A DNA stretch of 64,000 bases, taken from positions 2,373 to 66,372 of the forward strand of contig JACPHX010000002.1 of NCBI GenBank assembly GCA_016188425.1, written 5' to 3'. Numbering within the stretch: position 1 is the stretch's first letter; the number at the start of each line of letters is the position of its first letter. The position numbers and the translations under genes are program-made. Source of the stretch: Candidatus Uhrbacteria bacterium. Its GTDB lineage: Bacteria; Patescibacteriota; Patescibacteriia; UBA9934; GWF2-40-263. The notes beneath the pieces were generated by a model. That model did not search any database, had not been told where the DNA came from, and saw only the letters and a list, made by a program, of their open reading frames with translations. Shown here piece after piece: positions 1-8,240 of the stretch.

Positions 1-496
1 CGAAATATGGATGAACAGTGAATTGGGCTCTGGATTCCCCTTGTTCTTTTTGTTCCGCCATTTCATCCATGGAAGGAGCCATCTCCTCCGATTCCGGCGG
101 GGGCAGATCGTCGGTCGGAGCGGCTGATTCGTGATCTGCATGAGGAGACGGGCTGTAGCCCGTCTCTACGGATGGCGGGGGTGATGGCGTTTCGTCTGGT
201 GCCGGGGGGGACAAATCCTGCTCGCGCAGGTATTCCAACATGGGGGCGATGTGGCGTTGCCAAATAGCCAGTTTTGTGGTGAACGGAACGTTTTGTGCGC
301 GCAACAGTTGGAGGGCATCGGCCGGCCCTTCGTTGGTGGTGACAGAGCGCAGCCTGGTAAAAAAATCAGCGAACGGCGTATCCGCAGGCGGCACTGCCTC
401 TTCTTGAATGGTTTTGAGCTGATGCGCGAGCGACGAAAAAAACGCATCAACTCTGGGCAAACCGGTTTCCTTCACAGATACCTCTTGCTCAAGCAT
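1..496 (-). CDS. Partial hypothetical protein; N-terminus in window (ATG at 496), continues past the window start. No homology recognised
   Basis: Stop-free minus-strand frame from ~660 to position 1 with protein-like composition (MLEQEVSVKETGLPRVDAFFSSLAHQLKTIQEE...). The start is uncertain and the frame stays open upstream to the M50 gene stop. Confidence 0.3.
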   Translation of the reverse strand, partial: MLEQEVSVKETGLPRVDAFFSSLAHQLKTIQEEAVPPADTPFADFFTRLRSVTTNEGPADALQLLRAQNVPFTTKLAIWQRHIAPMLEYLREQDLSPPAPDETPSPPPSVETGYSPSPHADHESAAPTDDLPPPESEEMAPSMDEMAEQKEQGESRAQFTVHPYF

Positions 497-686
497 GGTC
501 GATTCCACCAGTACGCGCGCTTCCTTGGGAACGCTCTGTTTCCATGCTTTATACGCCTGCGCCTCCTGTGTGGTAGAGAAAACGACTTGTTGCCCCCCTT
601 TTTTTATTTCTGGGATTTCCTCTGTAGGGCGTCGCTCTGGTGATCGAGATGTCTTTGGCATAGAAAAAAATGCAATGGAGAAAGCA

Positions 687-1346
687 TCAAAACCCACACG
701 AAACTCCCAGCAACCAAGAACAGGTACTCGACGAGGCAGAGGAAATAAAACCAAAAATATCGATCCCTGTTGCTTGGGGAAGAATGACGGCAAAACCCAG
801 CAGGAACAGCGAGCCGTATCGTTCAAGAAAAAAGCGCGTTTGGACATGCTCCGGCCCATCAAGGAATGCGAAGAGGAATTTGGAGCCATCAAGCGGCGGG
901 ATGGGGATCAAATTAAAAAACATCAGGGACAGATTCAAGATGATCACGAGAAACAAAAAAGCCAAGAGCAGGCTGTCGGATGCCAACGCGCCGGACGCGA
1001 GCAGCCCGCGAAGAATCAGGGCAGAAATCATCGCGAGCAAAAAATTTGAAGCGGGGCCGGCCAGGGCGATGCGAGCGCTGTCCCAGCGGGGATCGCGCAG
1101 GCTGCGGGGATTGTAGGGAACGGGCTTGGCCCAGCCGAAGCCGACGAAGAGGAGAAACATCAAGCCCAGAGGATCAATGTGAGCAAACGGATTCAGGGTC
1201 AATCGCCCCATGAATTCCGCGGTGCGATCACCGCGCAGCTTGGCGATGAAGGCATGGGAGAATTCATGGAAGGTCAACGAGAAAAAGAGGGCGATCAGCC
1301 AGGCAAGAGCGAGAAGGGGGTCGGCGCGGAAGAGGGAGAAAATCAT
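687..1346 (-). CDS. Site-2-protease-family (peptidase M50-like) membrane zinc metalloprotease
   Basis: Multi-TM protein with an HEFSH (HExxH) zinc motif inside a hydrophobic segment and a downstream LDG motif. Confidence 0.7.
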   Translation of the reverse strand: MIFSLFRADPLLALAWLIALFFSLTFHEFSHAFIAKLRGDRTAEFMGRLTLNPFAHIDPLGLMFLLFVGFGWAKPVPYNPRSLRDPRWDSARIALAGPASNFLLAMISALILRGLLASGALASDSLLLAFLFLVIILNLSLMFFNLIPIPPLDGSKFLFAFLDGPEHVQTRFFLERYGSLFLLGFAVILPQATGIDIFGFISSASSSTCSWLLGVSCGF

Positions 1347-1395
1347 AGAGGGTATGGATGCATACGCAAGGACAGATCAATGATCTGTCCGTACG

Positions 1396-2697
1396 TTACG
1401 GGGTGCGGGTAACGATGGCGCCCAAGGCCTTCAATTTCTCATCCAAGGCCTCGTAGCCGCGGTCGAGATGCTCGATGCCGTTGAGTGTCGATTCCCCATC
1501 CGCCATCAATGCGGCAATGACATAAGCGAGGCCGGCGCGGATGTCGGGGACAGTGACGGTGGCGGGGTGGAGTTTCCTGGGGCCAGTGATAACGGCGGAG
1601 TGTTTATAATTCATTCCACGATACCGACACGGAATTTCCCCAAGACATTTAGTCGACAAAGCAATATCGGCGCCCATTTCCACGAGGGCCTTCGTGTATC
1701 CGAAACGTTCTTCGTAGACCGTTTCATGCACAACGGAGGTCCCCTTTGCCTGCGTCAGTACAGCAACAAACGGCTGCTGCCAGTCGGTGGAAAACCCTGG
1801 AAACGTGTCCGTTTCCAGTTCAATGCTTCGCAAAGCTCCTTCAGCAAAAAAACGAATGCCATCTTTTTTTACCTGATATTCCCCACCGATCTTTCGCACG
1901 GCGTTCAAAAACGACACCATATCTTGCTGACGCGCGCCACGGACCGTGATGTCCCCGCGCGTTCCAAGCGCCATACAGGCGAATGATGCCGCCTCCATGC
2001 GGTCTGGGATAACGGTCTGGGTCGCGCCATGCAACGTCTCAACGCCGATCATCTCAATGGTCCGGTTCGCATTCGTCTGGATGATCGCTCCCATGTTCTG
2101 CAGGAGCATAATAAGTTCCATAATCTCCGGCTCGATGGCGGCGTTGTTGATGACCGTTCGTCCGGCCGCAAGAACACCGGCATACAAACCTGTCTCGGTT
2201 GCGCCGACGGACGGATAGGGCAAATCGATCACTGTCCCCGACAATCGTCCTTCCACCGTCGCTGACAATCCGCCGGGCACCTCGGCAATTGCCGCCCCCA
2301 TGGCCACCAAGGTATCAATATGAAAATTCACCGGGCGAGGCCCGATTTTGTCTCCAGATGGTCGAGGAACCGTGGCAGAGCCGTGGCGATGCAACAAAGG
2401 AGCGGCGAGCAAAATCCCCAAACGATTCTTGCTTCCCATCGGGAGAAAATCCCCGGTCTTTATCTCCTTGGTCTGTGCCGTTATCTCGTGATCCCCCGTC
2501 CAGTCGACGACGTTCCCGACCGCTTTCACCAGTTCGATCGCAATGGATGTCTCTTCATTCTTGGGAACATTTTTCAACGTCACGGGTTCGTCGGTCAACA
2601 ACGAGGCAAACAATAATTTTGAGGCGCTGTTTTTTGCGCCGGCAATTTGGACTTCTCCTGTGAGGGGCTTTCCTCCGGTGATGCGATAAGAAGGCAT
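1396..2697 (-). CDS. murA: UDP-N-acetylglucosamine 1-carboxyvinyltransferase
   Basis: 433 aa, typical MurA/EPSP-fold sequence along the full length (KLxGEVxIxGAKNSA N-terminus). Confidence 0.9.
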   Translation of the reverse strand: MPSYRITGGKPLTGEVQIAGAKNSASKLLFASLLTDEPVTLKNVPKNEETSIAIELVKAVGNVVDWTGDHEITAQTKEIKTGDFLPMGSKNRLGILLAAPLLHRHGSATVPRPSGDKIGPRPVNFHIDTLVAMGAAIAEVPGGLSATVEGRLSGTVIDLPYPSVGATETGLYAGVLAAGRTVINNAAIEPEIMELIMLLQNMGAIIQTNANRTIEMIGVETLHGATQTVIPDRMEAASFACMALGTRGDITVRGARQQDMVSFLNAVRKIGGEYQVKKDGIRFFAEGALRSIELETDTFPGFSTDWQQPFVAVLTQAKGTSVVHETVYEERFGYTKALVEMGADIALSTKCLGEIPCRYRGMNYKHSAVITGPRKLHPATVTVPDIRAGLAYVIAALMADGESTLNGIEHLDRGYEALDEKLKALGAIVTRTP

Positions 2698-2718
2698 AGG
2701 ACAAATAAAAGGAAAAGA

Positions 2719-3048
2719 CTAACGGTCATTCCCGGAGCCGCCCAAGACGCCGCGCTCCAGGCGGGAGAATAATTTTTGCAAGTTGGTCCAGGCGACGTCT
2801 TCCAAAGAAAAACCAAGCTCGGAGGAAATCTGGGCGATATACCACATCACATCCCCCAATTCTTTCTTCACGGCTTCCCGTCTTTGGGGCGTCATCACTC
2901 CCCCATCATCACGCAACATTTTTTTAATCTGTTCCGCGACCTCTCCTGTCTCCCCCGCTAGTCCGAGCGTTGGATACGTTACGTTTGACCCAACTTGTGG
3001 ATACAGGGCAGTCTTTCTGGACTGTTGTTGATATTCGTCTAATGTCAT
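2719..3048 (-). CDS. MazG-like nucleoside triphosphate pyrophosphohydrolase
   Basis: LGLAGETGEVAEQIKK...LGDVMWYIAQI EExxE/MazG motifs. Start re-placed on the internal ATG (MTLDEY...). Confidence 0.65.
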   Translation of the reverse strand: MTLDEYQQQSRKTALYPQVGSNVTYPTLGLAGETGEVAEQIKKMLRDDGGVMTPQRREAVKKELGDVMWYIAQISSELGFSLEDVAWTNLQKLFSRLERGVLGGSGNDR

Positions 3049-3148
3049 ACGAGGGCAGTGTAAACAAAAAAGACCCAGGGAGGAAGGCGTCGATCGTCGA
3101 CGGGGCTCCCGAGGGTCTTCCGCAGAGCGCGTCGTCAAACGAAGCGGC

Positions 3149-3385
3149 TCATCGATTTCGATAGGCCAACAGATCAAGAACCTGGGCGAGACTCCCCTCC
3201 TTGATCAGAACGTCCACTTCAGGTTTCCCCGTGGACATCCCGTTTTGGACGCGCGCGCGGATCTCGAGGAAGCGCCGCTGCCCCTCCCGCGCGAAGGCAT
3301 CCGCCTTCGATTGGGCATGGGCGCGCTCGCCATCGACGAGCTTCAAATGGAACAGTTCTTCGTGGGTTCCGTGGTTCATTTTCAT
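3149..3385 (-). CDS. Hypothetical small protein (78 aa)
   Basis: ORF only, no recognised homology. Position and strand fit the murA-mazG operon. Confidence 0.3.
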   Translation of the reverse strand: MKMNHGTHEELFHLKLVDGERAHAQSKADAFAREGQRRFLEIRARVQNGMSTGKPEVDVLIKEGSLAQVLDLLAYRNR

Positions 3386-3518
3386 TTGATACTCTCCTCT
3401 AAAGAAGCATTCATACGATCACACGCAACACGATCATCGTCAACCACTTGTTTTTCCTCAAGGTTTTGTTCACAATGGGCACACCTTCGAAGAATGGAGG
3501 AGGGAGAATGAAGGGTGA

Positions 3519-3591
3519 CGGGCTATGGCGCAGTTGGTAGCGCGCTTGCATGGGGTGCAAGAGGTCGTGGGTTCAAATCCCGCTAGCCCGA
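3519..3591 (+). tRNA. tRNA-Pro (anticodon GGG)
   Basis: Manual cloverleaf: acceptor CGGGCTA/TAGCCCG, D arm GCGC-AGTTGGTA-GCGC, anticodon stem CTTGC/GCAAG with loop ATGGGGT, T arm GTGGG-TTCAAAT-CCCGC, discriminator A. CCA is not encoded. Confidence 0.8.
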
Positions 3592-3592
3592 G

Positions 3593-3640
3593 GCAAATGG
3601 ACGGCCTAAAGCCGTCCGAGCAACCGCAAAAATCCACCGA
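3593..3640 (+). terminator. Hairpin plus T-run terminator downstream of tRNA-Pro
   Basis: ATCCACCGATGAACGTCGGTGGAT followed by TTTTT. A second hairpin AAAAAACCGCCC...GGGTGGTTTTTT lies at ~3683-3713. Confidence 0.5.
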
Positions 3641-3932
3641 TGAACGTCGGTGGATTTTTGATCGAATAAGAATCGGAATCAAAAAACCGCCCTTTAGGGG
3701 TGGTTTTTTGGCGCCTCGCCGAAGCGATTACGGACGATGCCCCAATGGAACGGGAGTGGGTCGTGATGATTGCTTGTCGAGACCACCACGGCTTCCCTGT
3801 AAGTTCCCATGTTCCGGCTACGGTAACCTATCCCATCGCCCGAACCGACGACACGAGGCAATTACAACGTACCACCAGGATGATGATGATGCAATGAATT
3901 TTTTTGAGTTATCCCCAGCCAAAAACATACAT

Positions 3933-3966
3933 AAAACCCGCTTTTTTCAGAGAGAAAAAGCGGGTC
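3933..3966 (-). terminator. Intrinsic terminator of the RSH-domain gene
   Basis: AAACCCGCTTTTT / AAAAAGCGGGT inverted repeat overlapping the stop codon. Confidence 0.5.
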
Positions 3967-5182
3967 AGCGATAAAACCAGCCGAGTTGGCTCAAGAGAGA
4001 CGCGCGGCAACGGGATTCAACGTGGGGCAGTCGCCAGGGCACACGATAAAAGCGCCAAGGGAGCAAACGAGGAAAGTACTCCCGCAACATCTGCCGCAGC
4101 CGATAGAGGCGGTGATTCTCATCCCCTCCTCCGTAGGTGCAGTTGAGATGATCCCGCATGGGGAGTACCTGGAGCTCGAAGGGCTTCTGGTGCAGATGCA
4201 ACAGCATCTTGATGGCGCGGAACCGTTCGTGAGAATTGGCGTTCTCCTGATCGACCGACACGCCGCCGACAAGATTCTCCCCTTCAAGAACGCAGGTTCC
4301 TCCTGCCCGATGGATCAAATCCTGCACGCGGGAGGCGACCTGGCGCGCCACCGTCTCATCCGCCACCACCAGACGAACCGCCCGGCGATCACGCACCGTA
4401 TAGGCGTCATCTTTCTTGCGCCGAAGCTGTCGCATGATCTTGAGAAGCGTCATGAACGGCAGCTTCACTCGATGGCTCAAGTGCACCGGCTCACCCGTGG
4501 TCAAACGGCGAAAGAGAAACGAGTGCTCTTGCATAACGAAGGATCCTCGAGGGATCGGCCCGTCTTCGATCATCGCTTCTCGTGCCCGATAAGAATCCAC
4601 CGGGTCGTACCAGCCACGCACGGTGGCATCGTGGAACGACCCATCGAAAAGTCCATCCTCGAGGATCGCGAGCAGCCCCTCCAAGTCGCTGGAGGCACTT
4701 TGCAAACTTTCCATGCGATCCAGAAACATCTGCCCGACCGCGAGGTCGAACAAACTGATCGCCTGCGACCAGATGAGACGTTTGGTGCGCGACCCATTGG
4801 CGACATACACCTTTGCTCGATTCAGGAGCCGCTCCAATGTCATCGCAAGACTCACCGACATCTCCAGGTCGAAGATGGATTCGTAGGGTGACGCGAAACG
4901 GCCGATGATGTGATCACGCGCGAGCCGTGATTCGTGGATAGCGGTATTCCCCCGCTCTCGATCGTGATCGGACAACCCCTCCAAGAGAAGTTGCCGATGA
5001 GTGACGGCGGATTCAGACGGTTCGTACCAATCCGGAATCCAATCCAACAGCTGCTTCATGCTGTGCAAAGAACCATGCTCCTCTCTGAACAGAAACCACC
5101 GCAGGTAAGCTGCGGTGGCGGATGGGTTGAGTAGGTTGCAGACTACTTCACTCCACAGACACCGCCGCACAGGAAAAGACAT
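3965..5182 (-). CDS. RelA/SpoT-homologue (small-alarmone-synthetase / toxSAS-like) nucleotidyltransferase-domain protein. Has an N-terminal extension and an Arg/Trp-rich C-terminal tail
   Basis: Residues ~228-345 match the RSH synthetase motifs: HRVKLPFMTLLKIMRQLRRKK (gRvK..S..rK), DRRAVRLVV (DxxGxRiv), SHERFRAIKMLLHL (GYrSlHlvv), FELQVLPMRDH (vEiQiRT..H). The true start is uncertain and the N-terminal ~40 aa have odd composition. Confidence 0.55.
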   Translation of the reverse strand: MSFPVRRCLWSEVVCNLLNPSATAAYLRWFLFREEHGSLHSMKQLLDWIPDWYEPSESAVTHRQLLLEGLSDHDRERGNTAIHESRLARDHIIGRFASPYESIFDLEMSVSLAMTLERLLNRAKVYVANGSRTKRLIWSQAISLFDLAVGQMFLDRMESLQSASSDLEGLLAILEDGLFDGSFHDATVRGWYDPVDSYRAREAMIEDGPIPRGSFVMQEHSFLFRRLTTGEPVHLSHRVKLPFMTLLKIMRQLRRKKDDAYTVRDRRAVRLVVADETVARQVASRVQDLIHRAGGTCVLEGENLVGGVSVDQENANSHERFRAIKMLLHLHQKPFELQVLPMRDHLNCTYGGGDENHRLYRLRQMLREYFPRLLPWRFYRVPWRLPHVESRCRASLLSQLGWFYR

Positions 5183-5320
5183 CCTTGCAGGTAAGGATGA
5201 GATCCATGCGGCAAATGTAGGAATGCAATTTCATAGTCCTTTTCTAGGATACCAGATCGAAAGCAAAAGAAATAAAGTTATCCACAGCATACCAAACCTG
5301 ATTCCTGCTGGACTGGCATA

Positions 5321-5360
5321 TAAAATGTGGCCAAGGGGCATGCCCCTTGGCCACATTTTA
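5321..5360. repeat. Perfect 40-nt palindrome, copy 1 of 3
   Basis: TAAAATGTGGCCAAGGGGCATGCCCCTTGGCCACATTTTA reads identically on both strands. It lies between the ndk stop and the RSH gene. Confidence 0.9.
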
Positions 5361-5370
5361 TATGCTGTAA

Positions 5371-5838
5371 TTAAATTCCTTCTCCAAAAACATACCTGTC
5401 TGTTATCTTCTCATAAGCGAACAGTTCATCCTCTTTGAAGAACCGCTTGATTTCCCCGGCGGCCGCATCGACAGAATCTGATGCGTGTACGAGATTGGAC
5501 GGAACGTTCATCGACAAGTCCGCGCGTATCGTTCCTGCGTCTGCCGCACGAGGATTCGTCGCCCCGACAAGTTTGCGCACGCTCTCGATCGCGTCGATAC
5601 CTTCCAGGACAAGAGCCACGACCGGCGTCTGCATCATGAACTGCTTAATGCTCTTGAAGAACACTTTCTCTTTCAGGTGAATGTAGTGCTCATCAAGAAG
5701 TGCGTCGGTGAGACGGACAAACTTGAGGGCAGAAATCTTGAGACCCTTGCGTTCAAACCGACCAAGAACTTCACCCAAGAGATCGCGCTGCAGAGCATCG
5801 GGCTTAATGAGGACGAGCGTGCGTTCGATATTCGCCAT
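5371..5838 (-). CDS. ndk: Nucleoside diphosphate kinase
   Basis: 155 aa with NDK fold motifs (LVLIKPDALQR..., catalytic-His region NLVHASDS). Confidence 0.9.
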   Translation of the reverse strand: MANIERTLVLIKPDALQRDLLGEVLGRFERKGLKISALKFVRLTDALLDEHYIHLKEKVFFKSIKQFMMQTPVVALVLEGIDAIESVRKLVGATNPRAADAGTIRADLSMNVPSNLVHASDSVDAAAGEIKRFFKEDELFAYEKITDRYVFGEGI

Positions 5839-5867
5839 ATGTTTTCCTGAAAACTACCAAGACTCCG

Positions 5868-6815
5868 CTAATATGGCAAGCGCTCGGCGGAAACAGTTGG
5901 CTCCCCGCCCGTGCTTTTCACAAGAATATCTCCTTGCTGATCCGTCCGGAACACCTCTATGTTTCGATCGGCGAACCGATGCAGCACCACGACGTGCGGA
6001 TGACCGTAAGAATTATCCGCCCCTGCCGAAATCAGCGCAATTTCCGGGGTTATCGTATCCAAAAAATACTGGCTATTGGAACTGGAACTGCCATGATGCC
6101 CTGCTTTGAGGATATCAATGTCTCCCATCGAAGGCGCAATCGCTTCTTCCACCTCTTTCTCGATGTCTCCGGTCAAAAGAATCGTCGTGTCGCCATACGT
6201 CAACTTTAAAACCACTGAGTGGTTGTTTGCCGATGTGTCATCGGGCGTATCCGGCATTGCATCCGGCGACAGCACATCAACCGTCACGCCGCCGACATCA
6301 TACTTCTCCCCCGCTCGTACCGATCGGACGACGGCTCCTTCTTCCCCCACAGCTAAATTGAATCGCTTCGCGATCTTAGTATCCCTCTGTGTTTCACCGT
6401 TCCCCCAAATATCTTTCACCTCGTATCGCTCGAGTACGGAGGGCAAGCCGCCGATATGATCAGCATCCAAGTGGCTGGATACCACATAATCGATCGTCCT
6501 ATCCCACGGCTTCATCACCGCGCCGAGCTTGGCAAGCACTTTGGAATCGCGCCCTCCGTCCATGAGCAGCTGCGTGCCATCGGGTGCCTCAAGAAAAAGC
6601 GCGTCTCCTTGCCCGATATCGAACATCCACAATCGCATCTCTCCCAGAGAACCAGACGCCGCAGAGGCCCCAGAGGTGGCGGAGGAGCGGATCAACAAAA
6701 AAATACCCACGCTCATCCAGACGACGAGCAGAAAAACTACGAACCAGAGTTTGCTGCGTCCTTGAGGGCGTCCACGCGAGGTTTGAAGAGCCATAGAAAT
6801 ATCAGGATAAGACAA
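5868..6815 (-). CDS. ComEC/Rec2 C-terminal metallo-beta-lactamase domain protein. Possibly the distal part of a split comEC
   Basis: N-terminal TM helix, then an MBL core: MFDIGQGDALFLE...SHLDADHIGG...AGHHGS. Confidence 0.65.
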   Translation of the reverse strand: MSYPDISMALQTSRGRPQGRSKLWFVVFLLVVWMSVGIFLLIRSSATSGASAASGSLGEMRLWMFDIGQGDALFLEAPDGTQLLMDGGRDSKVLAKLGAVMKPWDRTIDYVVSSHLDADHIGGLPSVLERYEVKDIWGNGETQRDTKIAKRFNLAVGEEGAVVRSVRAGEKYDVGGVTVDVLSPDAMPDTPDDTSANNHSVVLKLTYGDTTILLTGDIEKEVEEAIAPSMGDIDILKAGHHGSSSSNSQYFLDTITPEIALISAGADNSYGHPHVVVLHRFADRNIEVFRTDQQGDILVKSTGGEPTVSAERLPY

Positions 6816-8209
6816 AAGGCACTCACGATCGCGGCCGTATGAGGATCCACCGATTCATAAACCGCATGAGGGACAGAGGCACCTTGCCGTATAACCCATA
6901 ATATCATCGAAGAGAGAAGCACCGCTGGAACCGACAGATACGCGAGGATCGAGGCAGGCAGGAGAAAAGCCATCGGCAACAAAATAAGGCCAACAGCCAT
7001 CAGCAAAGGAACCAAGGGCAAAACGAATACATTGACGACTGGCGCGATCAAGGAGATCGAACCGAAATGCCAAAACATAATCGGCGCGGTCACAAGCGAA
7101 GCCACCAAGCTCCCCACGAGCGCCTCGCGCAGACCAAACACCTCTGGCATCCACGAAAAATATCCCTCGAGGTGATCTGGAATGAACAAAACAGCCGCCG
7201 TCGCCACAAAGGAAAGTTGAAACCCTGGATCAACGAGGAGGACGAACGGATTCAGAAGCAGCATGATCGGAAGCGCAAACGCGAGGAGGCGCATCGGGCT
7301 CCGCGGTCGACGAACCCACTCCGCCAGAAGCACAATCCCCGCCATGATCCCCGCGCGGATGACCGCCGCGGTCGCCCCTGCCAGGAACACATACACAACG
7401 ACCAACACTCCGGTCATGAAAATCCCCCTCCGCCGACCGAATCGTTCAATCGCAAACGCAAAAAAGAAAAACGTGAACAGCGACACATTGAATCCGCTCG
7501 CAGCAAGGATGTGCGACGTTCCCGTCCGCGAGAACGTATCCTGCAGATCATCGGACAACCCGGATGAACCGCCGAGAATCAAACCAGTCACAAACGACGA
7601 GTGCGGTTCTGGAAGCAGTCGGTTGAATCGATCCATCAGCAGAATCCTTGCTCGATACAGCCCTCCTCGCCAGGTCCACAGCCCCGCCTCGGCCGCGACC
7701 GACGACGGGAAGGTGCACAGCGCGTAGACCCCCTTGGTCGCGAGAAACTGGTCGTAAGGAAAACCGTTGAAGGGTTCTGGCCGTTTGAGTTTGCACGTGG
7801 CCGTCAACTGGTCATCTATGAACACCTCCTCCCCCATCGGGAGAAAGACGAGCACTCCCCCTCTTGCCTCCTCCCCACCAATCGTCAAATCCTTCACCGT
7901 CGCTCGTACGCCAGACATCCGCGTATCCACATCCGCGACGCGTCCGTGGATTTCCACTGCATGCTCTGGAAGCGTATCGACCCAAGTGGGCGTCCCCGGA
8001 GCCAGAATGACGCGCAAAATTCCCAAAAACAAACACAACGCAATTAAGCCAACTCGACGAAGCAGACCAGATGAAAAAACCAACAATAACAACGGAACAG
8101 ACAGCGCATACCAGACCCATTCCCCGGGGATCGGGATGAGCAAAGCAACCAAAATACCAAACATCACCGCCAAACAGGCGGTGACGAAAGTCCCAGAGGG
8201 AGAACGCAA
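6737..8209 (-). CDS. ComEC/Rec2 competence-channel membrane domain protein (proximal part)
   Basis: 490 aa polytopic membrane protein with an N-terminal DUF4131-like beta region and competence-domain-like TM block. Overlaps the MBL-domain ORF by 79 nt in a different frame. Confidence 0.6.
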   Translation of the reverse strand: MRSPSGTFVTACLAVMFGILVALLIPIPGEWVWYALSVPLLLLVFSSGLLRRVGLIALCLFLGILRVILAPGTPTWVDTLPEHAVEIHGRVADVDTRMSGVRATVKDLTIGGEEARGGVLVFLPMGEEVFIDDQLTATCKLKRPEPFNGFPYDQFLATKGVYALCTFPSSVAAEAGLWTWRGGLYRARILLMDRFNRLLPEPHSSFVTGLILGGSSGLSDDLQDTFSRTGTSHILAASGFNVSLFTFFFFAFAIERFGRRRGIFMTGVLVVVYVFLAGATAAVIRAGIMAGIVLLAEWVRRPRSPMRLLAFALPIMLLLNPFVLLVDPGFQLSFVATAAVLFIPDHLEGYFSWMPEVFGLREALVGSLVASLVTAPIMFWHFGSISLIAPVVNVFVLPLVPLLMAVGLILLPMAFLLPASILAYLSVPAVLLSSMILWVIRQGASVPHAVYESVDPHTAAIVSAFCLILIFLWLFKPRVDALKDAANSGS

Positions 8210-8240
8210 CGTTTTGTCGATGAGTGACCGGGCGATATCG

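Noticed and set aside
63-643. Short ORFs 63-263(-), 166-450(-), 251-643(+) at the window start
   Set aside because: Arg/Pro-rich low-complexity translations. A different minus-strand frame (1-496) gives a more protein-like product and was reported instead, at low confidence.
3986-4891. 301-aa plus-strand ORF antisense to the RSH-domain gene
   Set aside because: Shadow ORF of a GC-rich gene. Arg/His-rich nonsense composition, and the minus-strand frame carries recognisable RelA/SpoT motifs.
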